Shown one piece after another: positions 36,596 to 39,406 of a stretch of 39,406 nt of DNA. Made by a program: the position numbers and the translations under genes. Position 1 is the first letter of the stretch, and each line of letters starts with the position of its first letter. The notes beneath the pieces are model-generated. The model was not told the DNA's origin and searched no databases. It saw only the letters and a list, made by a program, of their open reading frames with translations. Source of the stretch: Octopus bimaculoides (taxonomy: Eukaryota); NCBI RefSeq assembly GCF_001194135.2, contig NC_068988.1, positions 32,600,031-32,639,436 of the forward strand, given 5' to 3'.

Positions 36596-38908
36596 TTATT
36601 ACTAGAATGAAATGGAAAGCTTATTTTAATAATATTCATAATATTACTAATGTTCATGATGTAGATAATTTAAATTACATTAATTCTAAATTTAAATCCA
36701 GAAAAGAACCACCGTATAATAGGGATTTACAGAATTTAGAGGATAGTATTTGGAAAGTAGTGAAAAATATTAAATTTCATAAATATCCAAATAGACATAA
36801 TGATTATTTAAGAAAGTTAGCCATTAAAATTAAACAATTTAGAAATATGGATGGTATTATTGTACAATCTGATAAAACTAGGAACTTATATAAACTAGAT
36901 GTAAAACTATATGATTATTTATTAGAGAAAGAAATTAATAAAAAATATAAGATAGTTCCAGAAAATACTTTAAATTTGATTAATAAGGCCTCTAAATTAA
37001 TAATGTTTAAATACGAACTTCATAGTAAGACACAATCTTACGTACCGATGCACCCTAGAATTACTTTAAAAGACCATAAAGATAATTTTTATTCTGACCC
37101 TAAAGTTAGGCTTATTTGTCCTTGTAAGTCAGATCTAGGTAAATTAAGTAAAATAATTTTAGATAAATATGTTAACAAATTAAATGGAATTAATTATCTT
37201 AAATTATGGAATTGCACAATAGATACTTTAAATTGGTTTAATAGTATTAATGATAAAAATAGGTATAAATTTATTCAAATAGATATTGATAATTATTATT
37301 CTTCCATAAATGAAATTGTACTAAATAAGGTCCTAATTTTTGCTATGAAGAAAGTAGGTATGACTTACGATGAAGTAAATGTAGTTAAAATGGCTAGGAA
37401 ATCATTGATTAAATATGATAATAAATTGTGGGCTAGAAAAGATACCACAGATTATTTCGATATACCAATGGGGGCGCATGATTCAGCACAGGTAACTGAT
37501 TTAGTAGGTATATATTTATTATCTGAACTTGAACTTGAAAACTTAAAATTGGAGGGCGTTTTATATAGGGATGACCTTTTATTACTTACTAAAAATTGCA
37601 CTAATAGACAACTAGAATTATATAAGAAGAGAATATATAGTTTTTTTAAAAAAGAAATGGTTTAAAGATTACTATTTATAATGAGTAATATAACGTTAAT
37701 TATTTAGATGCTAATTTTTATTTATCTACTGGTAATACCCAACCTTACCATAAGATTAATGAAAATATTAAATACATTCATGCTAAAAGCAATCACCCAC
37801 CCTCAATTAAAAAATCCTTAACATTTACTATAGGTAAGAGAATATCTTTACTATCTTCTAATATAGAGATTTTTGAAAAACATGCACCTTATTATAATAA
37901 AGCCCTGCAAGAAGCGGGATATACTAATAATATAACATTTTTTTAATAATCCGAAATATGTTTGTAATTTTAGTATCAATAATTATAATAAAAATGACCT
38001 TTTTAATAAACAACTTTTATACTCATGATCATGTCTTCTTAGGTAATAATAAGAATAATTAGTATTATGATAATAAATTACCTAAACATAAAATTAATTT
38101 TAATGGAAACAATTTTAAATATTATTTTAATTTTTTTAATGATAATAATAAATTTAATAATGCTAATAATAAATTCAATAATATCTATAATAAGAAAAAA
38201 CTCTGGCTAATTATTCCATACGGCGTTCAAGTTAAAACTAACATTATTAATGAAGTTTTAAAAGTTATTGATTTATTCCTTAGAGATAATAAAAAATATC
38301 ATTATATTTCTTCTAAAAATAATTTTGGTGTAGGTTATTCTACTACTAAAAATGTTGCTAATATTATCTCTTCTTTTAATAAATTTAAGTTAAATAAGTA
38401 CAATAAATTTAAATTTAATAATTATTCTAATATTAATTCTAATAATAATAATGTTCACCAGGATATAATTAATTGTACATGTTTAGATAAAACTAAATGT
38501 AATTTTAATAATAAATGTAATTTGAAAGATGTAGTGTATAAATTTATAGTGAAATTATTGAATGAAAATAAACATAATGGTTATAATTTAAATAAGATTT
38601 ATATAGGATCGACTTCTAATAAAATTAAATGAAGAGTAGCTCAACATACGCACTCATTTAAGTATAGAAATTTGATTAATTCTACTGGCCTCAGTAAATA
38701 TATTTGGGAACTTAAATCTAAAAATATTAACTATATTTTAAAATGGGAGATAGTTTGTAAAGCTAAATCCTATCCTATAGGTAATAACTTTTGTAATTTA
38801 TGTAATAATGAATTTAAAGAGATATTATTTCATAAGGATAATAATTTACTTAATTCTTTTGATGAACGAAAAATAACATGTATACATAAATTACTTTATT
38901 TATATTAA
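36596..38908 (+). mobile_element. Penelope-like retroelement, RT plus C-terminal GIY-YIG (Hydra-clade-like), disrupted; 5' part lost in the gap
   Basis: RMKWKAYF; ITLKDHK...RLICPCKS; IQIDIDNYYSSI; PMGAHDSAQVTDLVG; LYRDD; then NYLD, KSNHPP, CTCx5Cx5C, VVYK...YIGST, KW...CNLC...TCIHK. Frameshift at about 37641-37657, further shift(s) at about 37938-38020, stops at 37686, 38060 and 38631. Confidence 0.9.
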
Positions 38909-38929
38909 AAAAATAGCTAATGATTTTTT

Positions 38930-39406
38930 ATTTATTTTGTTTATATGGGTATGTGTATATGCATGTATATGTATATATATGAGTGTGTGTGTTTTAGTAT
39001 ATATGCGTTAGTATGTATGTATATTTTTAGGTGTATGTATATATGTTTACGTATGTATTTATATAGGTTTAAGTGTGTATATATATGTGTTGTGTTTTTA
39101 TATATGTTTGTGTATGTTGAGTGTATATTTGTATTTACATGTATGTATAAAGATATGCATTTGTGAGTATAGATGTATATTTACATATATTGTGTGTGTG
39201 AGTGAGTGTGTGAGTGTTGTTTTGTTTTATAATATTCCTTATTTATATATTTATTTGAGTGAATTTTTATTTGTGTGTATATTTTTTTATATATATAGTT
39301 ATGAGTCTTTTTGTGTATATGTATATGTATATTTATGTATGTACTTATGTAAATGTGTATATATATGTATATATATGGGTATAAGTATATATGTGAGTGT
39401 GTAATT
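38930..39406. repeat. Degenerate TG/TA low-complexity tract, probably the tail of the Penelope-like element
   Basis: Direct reading. It begins about 20 nt after the PLE stop codon. Confidence 0.75.

Noticed and set aside
38631-38633. In-frame TGA in the PLE endonuclease, considered as selenocysteine (some Naiad PLEs encode selenoproteins)
   Set aside because: It falls at the variable position of K-x-R rather than a Cys site, the copy also has TAA/TAG stops and frameshifts, and no SECIS is evident.

Overview
Repeat-saturated, AT-rich animal genomic scaffold with eight N gaps and dense microsatellites. The SINE families and simple-repeat density resemble a cephalopod (Octopus-like) draft genome; this is an inference. 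Almost all recognisable coding sequence belongs to decayed mobile elements: L1/Tx1-type LINEs (one fairly intact ORF1+APE copy at 1-2020 and ORF1 relics at 29.0-30.9 kb), two CR1/L2-type 3' ends, two RTE-clade LINEs, two REL-endonuclease (R4/Dong-like) LINEs, two Penelope-like elements (Neptune-like and Hydra-like), a mariner relic, a MITE and several tRNA-derived SINEs. No host gene is recognisable by homology. Three short candidate minus-strand exons lie at 8.7-12.0 kb. The most intriguing observations are: (i) a perfect 21-nt complementary pair 3.2 kb apart, next to candidate splice sites, in the geometry of selector/docking mutually exclusive splicing; (ii) a twin-priming-like inversion with a 39-nt duplication in a Penelope-like element; (iii) possible ORF1-only (HAL1-like) L1/Tx1 derivatives; (iv) an RTE LINE ending in three C2H2 fingers. 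All family assignments come from manual translation and remembered motifs, not database searches.
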